Shown here piece by piece: positions 37,486-46,783 of a DNA stretch of 64,000 nucleotides. A model generated the notes under the pieces. That model was not told the DNA's origin. It saw nothing but the letters and a program-made list of their open reading frames with translations, and made no database searches. Source of the stretch: an uncultured Bacilli bacterium (GTDB lineage Bacteria > Bacillota_I > Bacilli_A > RF39 > UBA660). The stretch covers positions 12,648 to 76,647 of the forward strand of contig CALVOZ010000006.1 of the NCBI GenBank assembly GCA_944350495.1, read 5' to 3'. The translations under genes were made by a program, and so were the position numbers. Position 1 is the first letter of the stretch. Each line of letters opens with the position of its first letter.

Positions 37486-38407
37486 TGTTGTCCCTCCCAA
37501 ATATATATTTGATAACACTTTCTTGTAAACCAATAGGTAACGGACTTCCGGCTGCTTTTTGATGGCCCTTACCACCAAAGAAAGAAGCAAAATTCGAAAC
37601 ATTGACGTCGTCTTTAATACATCTATAACTTATACTACGACCTAAATTAATAATAGCAATTAAATCTACTTCTGGATAATATTCAGCCAATTTATTGCCT
37701 AATTCACTACGGTAATTTTCAGCAAAAACAATACCGACTTTATAGCCCTTAATATCTTTAATTATGACTTCATTTTTCTTTTCTTCAATATAATCATTCA
37801 TTCTTTTATGATCAATTTCAATTAATGATTTTTCTAAACTAGTAAATTCAAAATTTTCATGCGTAATTAAAAAGTCAACATAATTACTAATAAATCTATC
37901 AATTCCATAATAACTAAGTATTGCAGATAAATCTCTAGCTTCTATACAATTATATTTCTTCCATTCCCAAGTATCATTTAATCTAACTAAAGATACCATA
38001 TAAGAAACAGACTCTCTACCTAATATTTGAGTTGCATGATGTTCAAGTAAATATTTATAATATAATGAAGTTCCTGATTCTTTAATTCCATTTGTTTCGT
38101 CTACTACTTCAATAAATGAATATTTATTCAAACCAATATTACTTATATGGTGATCTAACACTTTAAATTTCTTTTTAAATTCTAGACTATCAATTCTTTG
38201 TGCAGTTTTCTCACTGACGCATAAATCTGTCATAAATACTTTATCATAATCATTAAAAAAATCATTATCTAATGACTCATTAATGAAGTCATCTACTTCT
38301 TTAATATCTAATAATTTATAGTCAAAATCTTTAAATACTAATTTAGATAATATAACAGGTGCGATACCATCTAAATCCGCAATATGTGACATTAAAAAAA
38401 TTTTCAT
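37475..38407 (-). CDS. nrnA: DHH-family phosphoesterase (NrnA-like oligoribonuclease / pAp phosphatase)
   Basis: N-terminal HIADLDG (DHH motif I), VLDHH, and C-terminal DHHA1-like GGGH...AAG region. Confidence 0.7.
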   Translation of the reverse strand: MKIFLMSHIADLDGIAPVILSKLVFKDFDYKLLDIKEVDDFINESLDNDFFNDYDKVFMTDLCVSEKTAQRIDSLEFKKKFKVLDHHISNIGLNKYSFIEVVDETNGIKESGTSLYYKYLLEHHATQILGRESVSYMVSLVRLNDTWEWKKYNCIEARDLSAILSYYGIDRFISNYVDFLITHENFEFTSLEKSLIEIDHKRMNDYIEEKKNEVIIKDIKGYKVGIVFAENYRSELGNKLAEYYPEVDLIAIINLGRSISYRCIKDDVNVSNFASFFGGKGHQKAAGSPLPIGLQESVIKYIFGRDNNEY

Positions 38408-39021
38408 AAAATCTTCTCCAATACATCTTTAACTGGTCCATAAGTTTTACGATAACCATCGATTAACCCATATTTATTAATGGCCTCAACATGTGCTTTA
38501 GTTGGATATCCTTTATGTTTAGCGAAGCCATACATAGGATAATTTTTATCTAATTCAATCATCATTCGATCTCTTGTAACTTTAGCAATAACAGACGCTG
38601 CAGCAATGCTTATACTTTTAGAATCTCCTTTAATTATAGAATTAGTTGGAATATCCAAATCAAGAGGCATAGCATCTATTAATACATATTCTAAATTTAC
38701 TTTTGCTTGGACTTGTTTAATAGCTTCTTTCATTGCTAGTTTAGTAGCTTCATAAATGTTTACTTCATCAATGATTTCAGGTGTAATTACCCCAACTCCA
38801 TAAGCCACACAATTATTGATTATATAATCATAAAATTTTTCTCTTTTTTTCTCACTTAATTTTTTAGAATCAGTTAGCCCCTCTAATACAAAGTTACGTG
38901 GTAAGACACAACAAGCTGCTACAACAGGACCAATTAACGGTCCTCGCCCTACTTCATCTACACCACCTATTATATTAATATTTTGGTCAAATAATTCTTT
39001 TTCATATCTCCATAAATCCAT
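38404..39021 (-). CDS. rnhB: ribonuclease HII
   Basis: GVDEVGRGPLIGPVVAA catalytic motif. Confidence 0.9.
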   Translation of the reverse strand: MDLWRYEKELFDQNINIIGGVDEVGRGPLIGPVVAACCVLPRNFVLEGLTDSKKLSEKKREKFYDYIINNCVAYGVGVITPEIIDEVNIYEATKLAMKEAIKQVQAKVNLEYVLIDAMPLDLDIPTNSIIKGDSKSISIAAASVIAKVTRDRMMIELDKNYPMYGFAKHKGYPTKAHVEAINKYGLIDGYRKTYGPVKDVLEKIL

Positions 39022-39023
39022 AA

Positions 39024-39641
39024 TTAACCTCTAATAAATAAAAACATATCACGCTTATTCATATCTTGTTCTATCCATACTTTTGCGGTTGGAAAGTACT
39101 TTTTTATTTTTTGCTTTAATGGCATAATAGGTGTATTTCCCAATTGAAAAGCAATTAAATAACGTTTTTTCAAATGTTTTTTTGCTTCCTTTAAAATAGC
39201 ATCGTAACAAGCTAAACCATCGGTTCCTTGATAATGCGCAATAACAGGTTCTGAACGAGCCACAATTTCCGCTACATCATCACCATAAGACAAATACATT
39301 GGATTAGATATTATACAATCATATTTTTCTGTTAATGGTTCTAAAAAACTTCCTAATAATAATTCAACATCAGCATTATTTTCCTTAGCATTGAACTCTG
39401 CAACCTCTAAAGCTTTATTACTAATATCAACTAAAGTAACATCACAATTAATCTCTTTTTTTAAAGATATTCCAATACAACCACTTCCAGTTCCGATATC
39501 GGCAATTTTGGGACATTCAAAATCAACTAAATTATTAATTGTCTTTGATATCAATTGTTCAGTTTCAATACTTGGTGTTAAAACATAACGATTAACTTTA
39601 AGTGGATATCCATAAAAATTAACTATTTCTTCATCTATCAT
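39024..39641 (-). CDS. HemK/PrmC-like class I SAM methyltransferase paralog with an NPMY (not NPPY) motif
   Basis: DIGTGSGCIGISL SAM motif and IISNPMY. Clear paralogy with the adjacent prmC (FYGY..KV..RVL.P..ETE.L; VDIS..ALEVA). Lacks the N-terminal helical domain. Confidence 0.6.
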   Translation of the reverse strand: MIDEEIVNFYGYPLKVNRYVLTPSIETEQLISKTINNLVDFECPKIADIGTGSGCIGISLKKEINCDVTLVDISNKALEVAEFNAKENNADVELLLGSFLEPLTEKYDCIISNPMYLSYGDDVAEIVARSEPVIAHYQGTDGLACYDAILKEAKKHLKKRYLIAFQLGNTPIMPLKQKIKKYFPTAKVWIEQDMNKRDMFLFIRG

Positions 39642-39696
39642 ACCATCACCTACACAAATAACATTATAACATACTTAAATAAAAAGAGTAACATTT

Positions 39697-40410
39697 TTAG
39701 TTACTCCTAATAAAAACAAAACGATCTAAACCTTGTATATCTTTAACAATATCAACAGTAATATCATTTAAATATTGATAAGCTAAAGATTTAATTTTAT
39801 CTCCTTGAGTTTGACCAATTTCAAAGGCAATAAGAAAGTTTTTAGACAAATATTTAGAACAACTTTTTAATATTTGTTCATAATAATATAAGCCATCATT
39901 GTCAGCATATAAAGCTTGCTTCGGTTCATTTTTCTTAACTACTTCCATTATTTCTTCATCATATGCAATATATGGTGGATTAGAAATAATAATATCATAA
40001 GTTCCAGTTACTTCTTTAAACATATCGCTTTGAATAAAAGTGATATCAACACCTAAGTTATGAGCGTTAATTTTAGCCACTTCTAAAGCTTGCTCTGATA
40101 TATCAACCGCTGTTATTGATGCTTGAGGTAATAATTTTTTTAATGTAATAGCAATACATCCACTTCCAGTGCCTAAATCAATAATTTTTATATTATCTGG
40201 AAATTCTTTTAAATAGTTAATTGTCTTTTCTACTAATTCTTCAGTTTCAAAGCGAGGAATTAAAACTCTTTTATCAACCTTAAATTTATATCCATAAAAA
40301 TCAACATCACCAATAATATACTGAACTGGCTCACCGTTTTCTAAACGCTTTAAACCTTGTTCTAATAAATCAGAACTTAAATATTTCTTTAAATATTCTT
40401 GATCTCTCAT
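39697..40410 (-). CDS. prmC: peptide chain release factor N5-glutamine methyltransferase
   Basis: DLGTGSGCIAITL and IISNPPYI motifs. Located directly downstream of prfA. Start at MRDQEY, which has an RBS. Confidence 0.8.
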   Translation of the reverse strand: MRDQEYLKKYLSSDLLEQGLKRLENGEPVQYIIGDVDFYGYKFKVDKRVLIPRFETEELVEKTINYLKEFPDNIKIIDLGTGSGCIAITLKKLLPQASITAVDISEQALEVAKINAHNLGVDITFIQSDMFKEVTGTYDIIISNPPYIAYDEEIMEVVKKNEPKQALYADNDGLYYYEQILKSCSKYLSKNFLIAFEIGQTQGDKIKSLAYQYLNDITVDIVKDIQGLDRFVFIRSN

Positions 40411-40450
40411 AAAACACCTTCTTAATAGTAAAAAAGAAAGTTTATACTTT

Positions 40451-41503
40451 CTATTCACCTCTTAATTTACGGGTTTGATCTTCATTGATTAGAGCTTCAA
40501 TAATTTCATCTAAAGCTCCTTCCATAACCCTGTCTAATTGTTTTGTTGTAAAACCAATACGATGGTCTGTAACACGATTTTGCGGATAATTATATGTTCT
40601 TATTTTTTCACTACGATCGCCTGTACCAATTTTACTTCGACGTTCAGCTCCTAATTCAGCATCACGTTCTTCCATCTTTAAATTATAAAGACGAGTTTGT
40701 AATATTTTAATAGCTTTTTCCTTATTTTTTATTTGTGAACGTTCTGTTTGTGAATAAACTACTAAACCAGTTGGGATATGAGTTAAACGAACTGCACTAT
40801 CAGTTGTATTTACGCCTTGACCACCACATCCAGAACTTCTTGTAATATCAACACGTACTTCATTCATATCTAGAGTATAATCAACTTCTTCAGCCTCTGG
40901 CATTACTAAAACAGTTGCTGTAGATGTATGAACTCTTCCTTGGGATTCTGTTTCTGGAACTCGTTGAACACGGTGAGCACCTGATTCATATTTTAATTTA
41001 GAATAAACATTATCGCCTTTAATCAAAAATTCAATTTGAGAATATCCACCAGATTCACCTGGTTCTTCTGTATATACTTCGATCTTCCATCCTTGATGTT
41101 CAGCATATTTAGAATACATTCTAAATAAATCTCCCGCAAAAATATTTCCTTCATCACCACCAGCAGCACCTCTAATTTCAATAATAACGTTCTTCCCGTC
41201 GTTAGGGTCTTTTGGCAATAATAGAATCTCTAATTTAGCATCCATATTATCTTTCTCTGTTTGCAGATTAGATAACTCCTCTTTAGCAAATTCACCCATA
41301 CTAGGATCTTTTAACATTTCAGTAGCTGCTTCTATATCCGCTAAAATACGTTTATATATTTGAAAAGCATCATAGGCATCTTTTAAACTTGCTTGCTCTT
41401 TATTAAGTTCTAAAGTAAGTTTAATATTAGATAAAGTCTCAGGCTTCGTTAATTCTTCAGTTATTTCATTAAAGCGCTTCTCTATCGTTTCTAATCTCTC
41501 TAT
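40451..41503 (-). CDS. prfA: peptide chain release factor 1
   Basis: GGQ motif (SSGCGGQGVNTTDSAVR) and PxT-type domain layout. Confidence 0.9.
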   Translation of the reverse strand: MERLETIEKRFNEITEELTKPETLSNIKLTLELNKEQASLKDAYDAFQIYKRILADIEAATEMLKDPSMGEFAKEELSNLQTEKDNMDAKLEILLLPKDPNDGKNVIIEIRGAAGGDEGNIFAGDLFRMYSKYAEHQGWKIEVYTEEPGESGGYSQIEFLIKGDNVYSKLKYESGAHRVQRVPETESQGRVHTSTATVLVMPEAEEVDYTLDMNEVRVDITRSSGCGGQGVNTTDSAVRLTHIPTGLVVYSQTERSQIKNKEKAIKILQTRLYNLKMEERDAELGAERRSKIGTGDRSEKIRTYNYPQNRVTDHRIGFTTKQLDRVMEGALDEIIEALINEDQTRKLRGE

Positions 41504-41586
41504 CATACTTATCTCCTTTCCAAACAACAAAATTATACTATAAAGTCTTCTTTAAAGCAAGAAAAATAAAGAAGTAAAAAAGAGAC

Positions 41587-43113
41587 TTAATTTTTTACGT
41601 CTCTTTTAATATATACGACAAGTGAAATTATATAACATACAACAATAGTTAATATAGAAATAAATATTCCATAACTTTCAGATATCATTGTAAATTCCAT
41701 AGTTTTTAAATAGTTTACATTTAAGTTTATTACTTGGCTGAACATAAAGTAAGGTATTGGAGTGTATGCTAATAAAATTATTTTAAATTGTTGAATAAAG
41801 TACCATAAAAATGGGGATATAACAGTCATAGCCATCGCAATTCCCACTGTAATTGTTGTATTTAGTGTAATGGTGGATAACATAAAAACAAGCGTTATTA
41901 GTGAAATAACTGGTATACTCACATAAAATAATTTTATTATTATATATAAATAATAATTTACTTCTATAACTTTATTATTAAAATATATTAATTTTGGTGT
42001 AAATAAATCAATAACTCCATATTTTACACTAGCATATATTGACAGTAATAAAAGTGCTATAAACCACATAATATACACATTTAAAACCATATAGATAAAT
42101 TTACTAAGTAATATTTTCCATCTTTTATTAGGAGAAGTCATAATCATCCTTTCTGTTCCTAAACTGTGTTCTTTACTAACTATATCACCACTAGTTAAAA
42201 TAACTAAAATCATAATTACAATGCTTAAACTAAAAATTTGATTAACTACTTTTTTAGAAGTCATATAAAAATAATCACTATTCATATCTACAATACCATT
42301 ATTAGATAAATCATGTTTAATATCATTTTTTATTGCATACTCTAATATACTTTTATATTTTGCCTTTTCTTCTTTAGCTATTTTTTCTACATATTTACTA
42401 TCATAACCAGTTGAAACAAAATTAAGTAAACTATATATATTTAAAACATAATAATGTCTTTCAGATTCTATTTTCTTATTTACAATTTCTTGGAACATAC
42501 TAATATTAGTATCATTTATTATCAGTGATACACCATTATTTTCATATTTACTTATTTCATACTCGACATACTTATAAAATTTATTTTCAGTAATTAATAA
42601 ATCATATTGCTTAATTATATTATTAATTTCATCTTTACGTACTAGTAACTCATCACTATTTAAATTAGATAATACTTTAACAGCAGATAAAGCTTCATCA
42701 TGTTCAAGCCACTCTAAAGATACAAATTCTTTATTTAAATATTTATCAATAAAATATAATTGTTTTTCTAAACTGATTTTTTCTCTTGTTAATGTTAATT
42801 GCCAACTTCCATAATTAAATTCTTCACAATCTTCTAATGTCAATAATTTTTTGTAAGCCGAAATTGTCTTAGGCAATATATATTCTTGATACAATTGATA
42901 ATCAACATCTTCACTTGGATACTCTAAAATAAATTGATATTCATTTTCAAAATAATCAAGTTCAGTTGTGACTGAAGAACTATATGAAAAGCAATATTCT
43001 TGGGACTCTGTTACTCCAACAACTGAAAAAATCAATATTATAAGTACACCTATAATTTTTTTAAAAGTATAATTCTTAATAAATTCGCACTTCACAAGAT
43101 TTATAATTTTCAT
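41587..43113 (-). CDS. ABC-2-type transporter permease with a large extracytoplasmic loop after TM1
   Basis: N-terminal TM (IGVLIILIFSVVGV), ~270-aa soluble region, then 5 TM helices. Overlaps the ATPase gene by 4 nt. Confidence 0.55.
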   Translation of the reverse strand: MKIINLVKCEFIKNYTFKKIIGVLIILIFSVVGVTESQEYCFSYSSSVTTELDYFENEYQFILEYPSEDVDYQLYQEYILPKTISAYKKLLTLEDCEEFNYGSWQLTLTREKISLEKQLYFIDKYLNKEFVSLEWLEHDEALSAVKVLSNLNSDELLVRKDEINNIIKQYDLLITENKFYKYVEYEISKYENNGVSLIINDTNISMFQEIVNKKIESERHYYVLNIYSLLNFVSTGYDSKYVEKIAKEEKAKYKSILEYAIKNDIKHDLSNNGIVDMNSDYFYMTSKKVVNQIFSLSIVIMILVILTSGDIVSKEHSLGTERMIMTSPNKRWKILLSKFIYMVLNVYIMWFIALLLLSIYASVKYGVIDLFTPKLIYFNNKVIEVNYYLYIIIKLFYVSIPVISLITLVFMLSTITLNTTITVGIAMAMTVISPFLWYFIQQFKIILLAYTPIPYFMFSQVINLNVNYLKTMEFTMISESYGIFISILTIVVCYIISLVVYIKRDVKN

Positions 43114-44090
43114 AATTCACCGCCAATTTGCCCAACTGTACCACTAGTTAACTTCAGAAATTCTTGCTCTAAAGATATTTCATGTGACTTCATATCATCA
43201 ATATCAATTTCGTCAATTATATATCCATTATCAATAATAACAATTCGATCACAAATGTTTTCTATTTCAGATAATATATGACTACTAATTAATACAGTTA
43301 CATTCATATCCTCACTTATATTTTTAATTATATCTCTTAATTCCTTTATCCCTAGAGGATCAAGCCCGTTAGTTGGTTCATCTAATATTAATAATTTAGG
43401 TTTTTTAATTAGAGCACAGACGATACCTAATCTTTGTTTCATACCAAGTGAATATTTTTTTACTTTGTCTTTAATTCTAGCATTTAATTTAAACAATTTA
43501 ACAATCTTTTCAATATATTCATCATCTTTAATATTGTTTAAAAGTGATACTATCTTGATATTTTTGTATCCGCTTAAATGAGGATATAAATCAGGATTTT
43601 CAATTACACATCCAACATTCGAAATAGCTTTCTCAAAATCTTGATCAATATTTATCCCACAAATAAACACTTCTCCTTCTCTTTCCTTATAAAGATTTAA
43701 TATTGTTTTTATAAAAGTTGTTTTTCCCGCCCCATTAGGCCCAATCAGTCCAACGATATCTCCTTCATAAATCTTCATATTTATCGCTTTAAGGATTTTC
43801 TTATTTCCAAAATTTTTAGATAAATTTTTAGTCTCTAATACAATTTTTTTATCAGTTTTTTTTATTTTTCTTTTACGAATATTTCTTTCACCATTTAACA
43901 ATTCTTTCACACTTACGCCTAAAATTTCTGATAATGGTCCTAAATAATATATATCTGGAGCATTAATACCTCTTTCCCATTTAGAAACAGAATTATCCGT
44001 TATGTTTAATTTATCTCCAATATCTTTTTGCGTTAATCCTTTTTCTTTTCTTAATTCACTAATAAATTGTCCCATTTTAATTTGATCCAT
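43110..44090 (-). CDS. XRE-family HTH domain fused to an ABC transporter ATP-binding domain
   Basis: N-terminus MGQFISELRKEKGLTQKDIGDKLNITDNSVSKWERGINAPD (Cro/C1 HTH), then Walker A GPNGAGKTT, signature YSLGMKQRLGIVCA, Walker B LLILDEPTNGLD. Confidence 0.7.
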   Translation of the reverse strand: MDQIKMGQFISELRKEKGLTQKDIGDKLNITDNSVSKWERGINAPDIYYLGPLSEILGVSVKELLNGERNIRKRKIKKTDKKIVLETKNLSKNFGNKKILKAINMKIYEGDIVGLIGPNGAGKTTFIKTILNLYKEREGEVFICGINIDQDFEKAISNVGCVIENPDLYPHLSGYKNIKIVSLLNNIKDDEYIEKIVKLFKLNARIKDKVKKYSLGMKQRLGIVCALIKKPKLLILDEPTNGLDPLGIKELRDIIKNISEDMNVTVLISSHILSEIENICDRIVIIDNGYIIDEIDIDDMKSHEISLEQEFLKLTSGTVGQIGGEL

Positions 44091-44178
44091 ATCTATCACC
44101 AATCTCATCATAACATATTTTGCTTTAAAATAAACTGACTTATTACGTCAGTTTATTTTTTATAATAAAAAGAAGGGC

Positions 44179-44616
44179 TTATTCCCCTTCAATTTCATCA
44201 TCACTCATAACTACTAAATCATCTAGTTCATCATCATCATCTAGAGTGTCTTCATCGTCATAGTTTTCTTCTATTTCATCATCTTCAGATTCTTCATCTT
44301 CTAATTCTTCATCTTCATCGGATTCTTCAATATCTTCTTCATCATCATCTTCAACAACAATATCAATTACATGGCGATCTTTTAAGTCCCATTCAGCACT
44401 GTCTAAAAGTAAGAATCTTTTATCTGTTGTAAGGGATGTATAAAAATCCCCTATCTTACTTGTGTATTCACTATCTGATAAGCCTAATAAATCGCAAATT
44501 TCATGAAAAATGTTTGGCGTATTCATTGACTTTTTATGCTCTAATAAAATCATTTCTGTTAAATCTGTATACGATAATAGCTCTAATTCGTCTTTTGACA
44601 TTTCTTTTAAACTCAT
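44179..44616 (-). CDS. rpoE: DNA-directed RNA polymerase delta subunit
   Basis: N-terminal HARE-HTH-like region MSLKEMSKDELELLSYTDL...IFHEI plus a long D/E-rich acidic C-terminal tail, as in B. subtilis RpoE. Confidence 0.75.
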   Translation of the reverse strand: MSLKEMSKDELELLSYTDLTEMILLEHKKSMNTPNIFHEICDLLGLSDSEYTSKIGDFYTSLTTDKRFLLLDSAEWDLKDRHVIDIVVEDDDEEDIEESDEDEELEDEESEDDEIEENYDDEDTLDDDDELDDLVVMSDDEIEGE

Positions 44617-44630
44617 AATTCCTCCATTAA

Positions 44631-46349
44631 CTACATTTCAGTAGGTATTTTTATAACTAATAAAGATAACATTTCTTTGATAACTTTATTAGTAAGCGCT
44701 AATAAAATCATCCAATCTTGTTTCTTTTTTTCATCTTCTAAACCATTAATATGGTTATTTTGATAGAATGCATTAGCTAAAACACAAACATCATATACAT
44801 AATCAGCTATATAATGTGGCATTCTATATTGGTAAGCATTATTAAATGCGTAAGGTAATTCAATAAGTTTCAATCGTAAATCACGATCATAACTATTATA
44901 TATATTATTTGAAAAATTATTAACATTAAGATTTATATTCTCAATAATTTTTTGAAGACGAAGATAAGTATATAAAATATATGGTCCTGTCTTACCAACT
45001 GTTTCTGAGAATTTACTAATATCAAAAATGTAATCACGCTCACGATTATTTTGTAAATCAGCAAATTTTAAAATTGCATTAACAATTTTATCAATATCTT
45101 CTTCGCTCATATTTGAATTAGTTTCCTTTTTAGAAATTAATATTTCACGAGCTTGATTAAATAAATTTTGTAGTTTTGGTGAATCGCCACTACGTGTCTT
45201 ATATGGTTTTCCATCTTGACCATTAACAGTTCCATATCCTAAATGTTCAAACATTGAATAAGGAGCCAAGCCAGCTAAAGCAGACGCTCTAAAAACTTGT
45301 TCAAAATGTAGTGCTTGACGACTATCTGTTATATATAAAATATGATCTGGTTTTAAATTTGTGACACGATCTAAAATAGTAGCTAAATCGGTTGTAGCGT
45401 ATAAATAAGCTCCATTACTCTTTTTAAATACTAGTGGTGGGACCTCTTTATTATCTGTATCTCTTTTAACATCAACAATAACAGCTCCTTCACTAGGTTG
45501 AAGCAAATTCTTTTCTTCAAATATTTTTTCTAATTCTGGAATAAATGGATATGCATCACTTTCACCTAACCATAGATCAAAAGATACATCTAAATATTTA
45601 TAAATACTTAAAATATCAGCTTCTGATACTTCACATATTTTTTCAAAATATTTATGATATTCTTCATCACCGTTTTGTAATTTTAATGTTATTTCAGCAC
45701 ATTCAGTTTTAACATCTTCATTTTCTTTACAAAGCTTACTCATCGCTGGATATATCTCATCTAAATAAGAAATATCTATATCGTCTAATGATTTACCATC
45801 TTTTTTTATCCCATAAATGACTTGCCCAATTTGTAAACCATAATCACCTAAATGTACATCAGCAATAGTTTTATGACCAGCGTAATTAATAATTCTTTTA
45901 ATAGACTCACCAACAATAGCAGTTCGCATATGTCCAACATGTAATGGTTTAGCCACATTTGGTCCGCCATAGTCCAAGACAAAAGTTTCAACTCTATTTG
46001 GTCTAGGTAAATTAAAATAATTATTATTTTTCATATCTTGTAAGCAATTATTTATAAAAGCATCACTTAAAGTCATATTTATAAAACCAGGTTTTACAAA
46101 TTCTACTTTAGCAAAATACTCATTAATATTTTCAATCTTATTTAATTTATTAACAATATTTTCGCCAATTTCCATAGGATTTTTTTTAAATAATTTTGCC
46201 AATTTAAATACATCATCACATTGATAGTCACATAAATCAGGACGATTAGATTTAATTACATTCATGTTATCAATTTCATATCCTAATTCTTTTACGCAGT
46301 CAGTAACTATTTGACTTAATTTATCTACTATCATAAGCATCCTCCTCAA
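44631..46349 (-). CDS. argS: arginine--tRNA ligase
   Basis: HVGHMRTAIVGESIKRI (HIGH-class) and C-terminal DALR anticodon-binding region. Precise start uncertain (MRRMLMIVDK...). Confidence 0.85.
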   Translation of the reverse strand: MRRMLMIVDKLSQIVTDCVKELGYEIDNMNVIKSNRPDLCDYQCDDVFKLAKLFKKNPMEIGENIVNKLNKIENINEYFAKVEFVKPGFINMTLSDAFINNCLQDMKNNNYFNLPRPNRVETFVLDYGGPNVAKPLHVGHMRTAIVGESIKRIINYAGHKTIADVHLGDYGLQIGQVIYGIKKDGKSLDDIDISYLDEIYPAMSKLCKENEDVKTECAEITLKLQNGDEEYHKYFEKICEVSEADILSIYKYLDVSFDLWLGESDAYPFIPELEKIFEEKNLLQPSEGAVIVDVKRDTDNKEVPPLVFKKSNGAYLYATTDLATILDRVTNLKPDHILYITDSRQALHFEQVFRASALAGLAPYSMFEHLGYGTVNGQDGKPYKTRSGDSPKLQNLFNQAREILISKKETNSNMSEEDIDKIVNAILKFADLQNNRERDYIFDISKFSETVGKTGPYILYTYLRLQKIIENINLNVNNFSNNIYNSYDRDLRLKLIELPYAFNNAYQYRMPHYIADYVYDVCVLANAFYQNNHINGLEDEKKKQDWMILLALTNKVIKEMLSLLVIKIPTEM

Positions 46350-46687
46350 TAGGTAATATGATAATTAAATTCATCTTTATCTATCATATATATAATTGTA
46401 ATGTCATTATCTCTAATGTCAAGTTCTTTTAATTTAATTTTTAAATTAGTCGTATAATTGCCTAAATTAATTGTACAACTAGATTTTCCATTTTTATTAA
46501 ATAAAAAAACCAATTCATAGTCATCTTTCTTACGCTGCATTTTAATACTATCTGTATAAACATTTAAGACAACCGTCACGCCTTCTTCAAGATAACTATA
46601 ATGATTATTATTTTTAATGGCCAAAACATCACAATTAATTAAATTATCCTTTGTTTTTAAAGTTGTTTTCATCTTAATTTTTGCCAT
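46346..46687 (-). CDS. DUF1934 (YwiB-like) protein
   Basis: ~113 aa. Positioned immediately upstream of and overlapping argS, as ywiB is in B. subtilis. Confidence 0.55.
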   Translation of the reverse strand: MAKIKMKTTLKTKDNLINCDVLAIKNNNHYSYLEEGVTVVLNVYTDSIKMQRKKDDYELVFLFNKNGKSSCTINLGNYTTNLKIKLKELDIRDNDITIIYMIDKDEFNYHITY

Positions 46688-46783
46688 TTTTCATCAACTC
46701 CATGACATTATAACACATTTCTATATAAAATGCACTTATAATTTTATATTTTTTTCAAATACTAGATATTGGTTGGTGATTGT

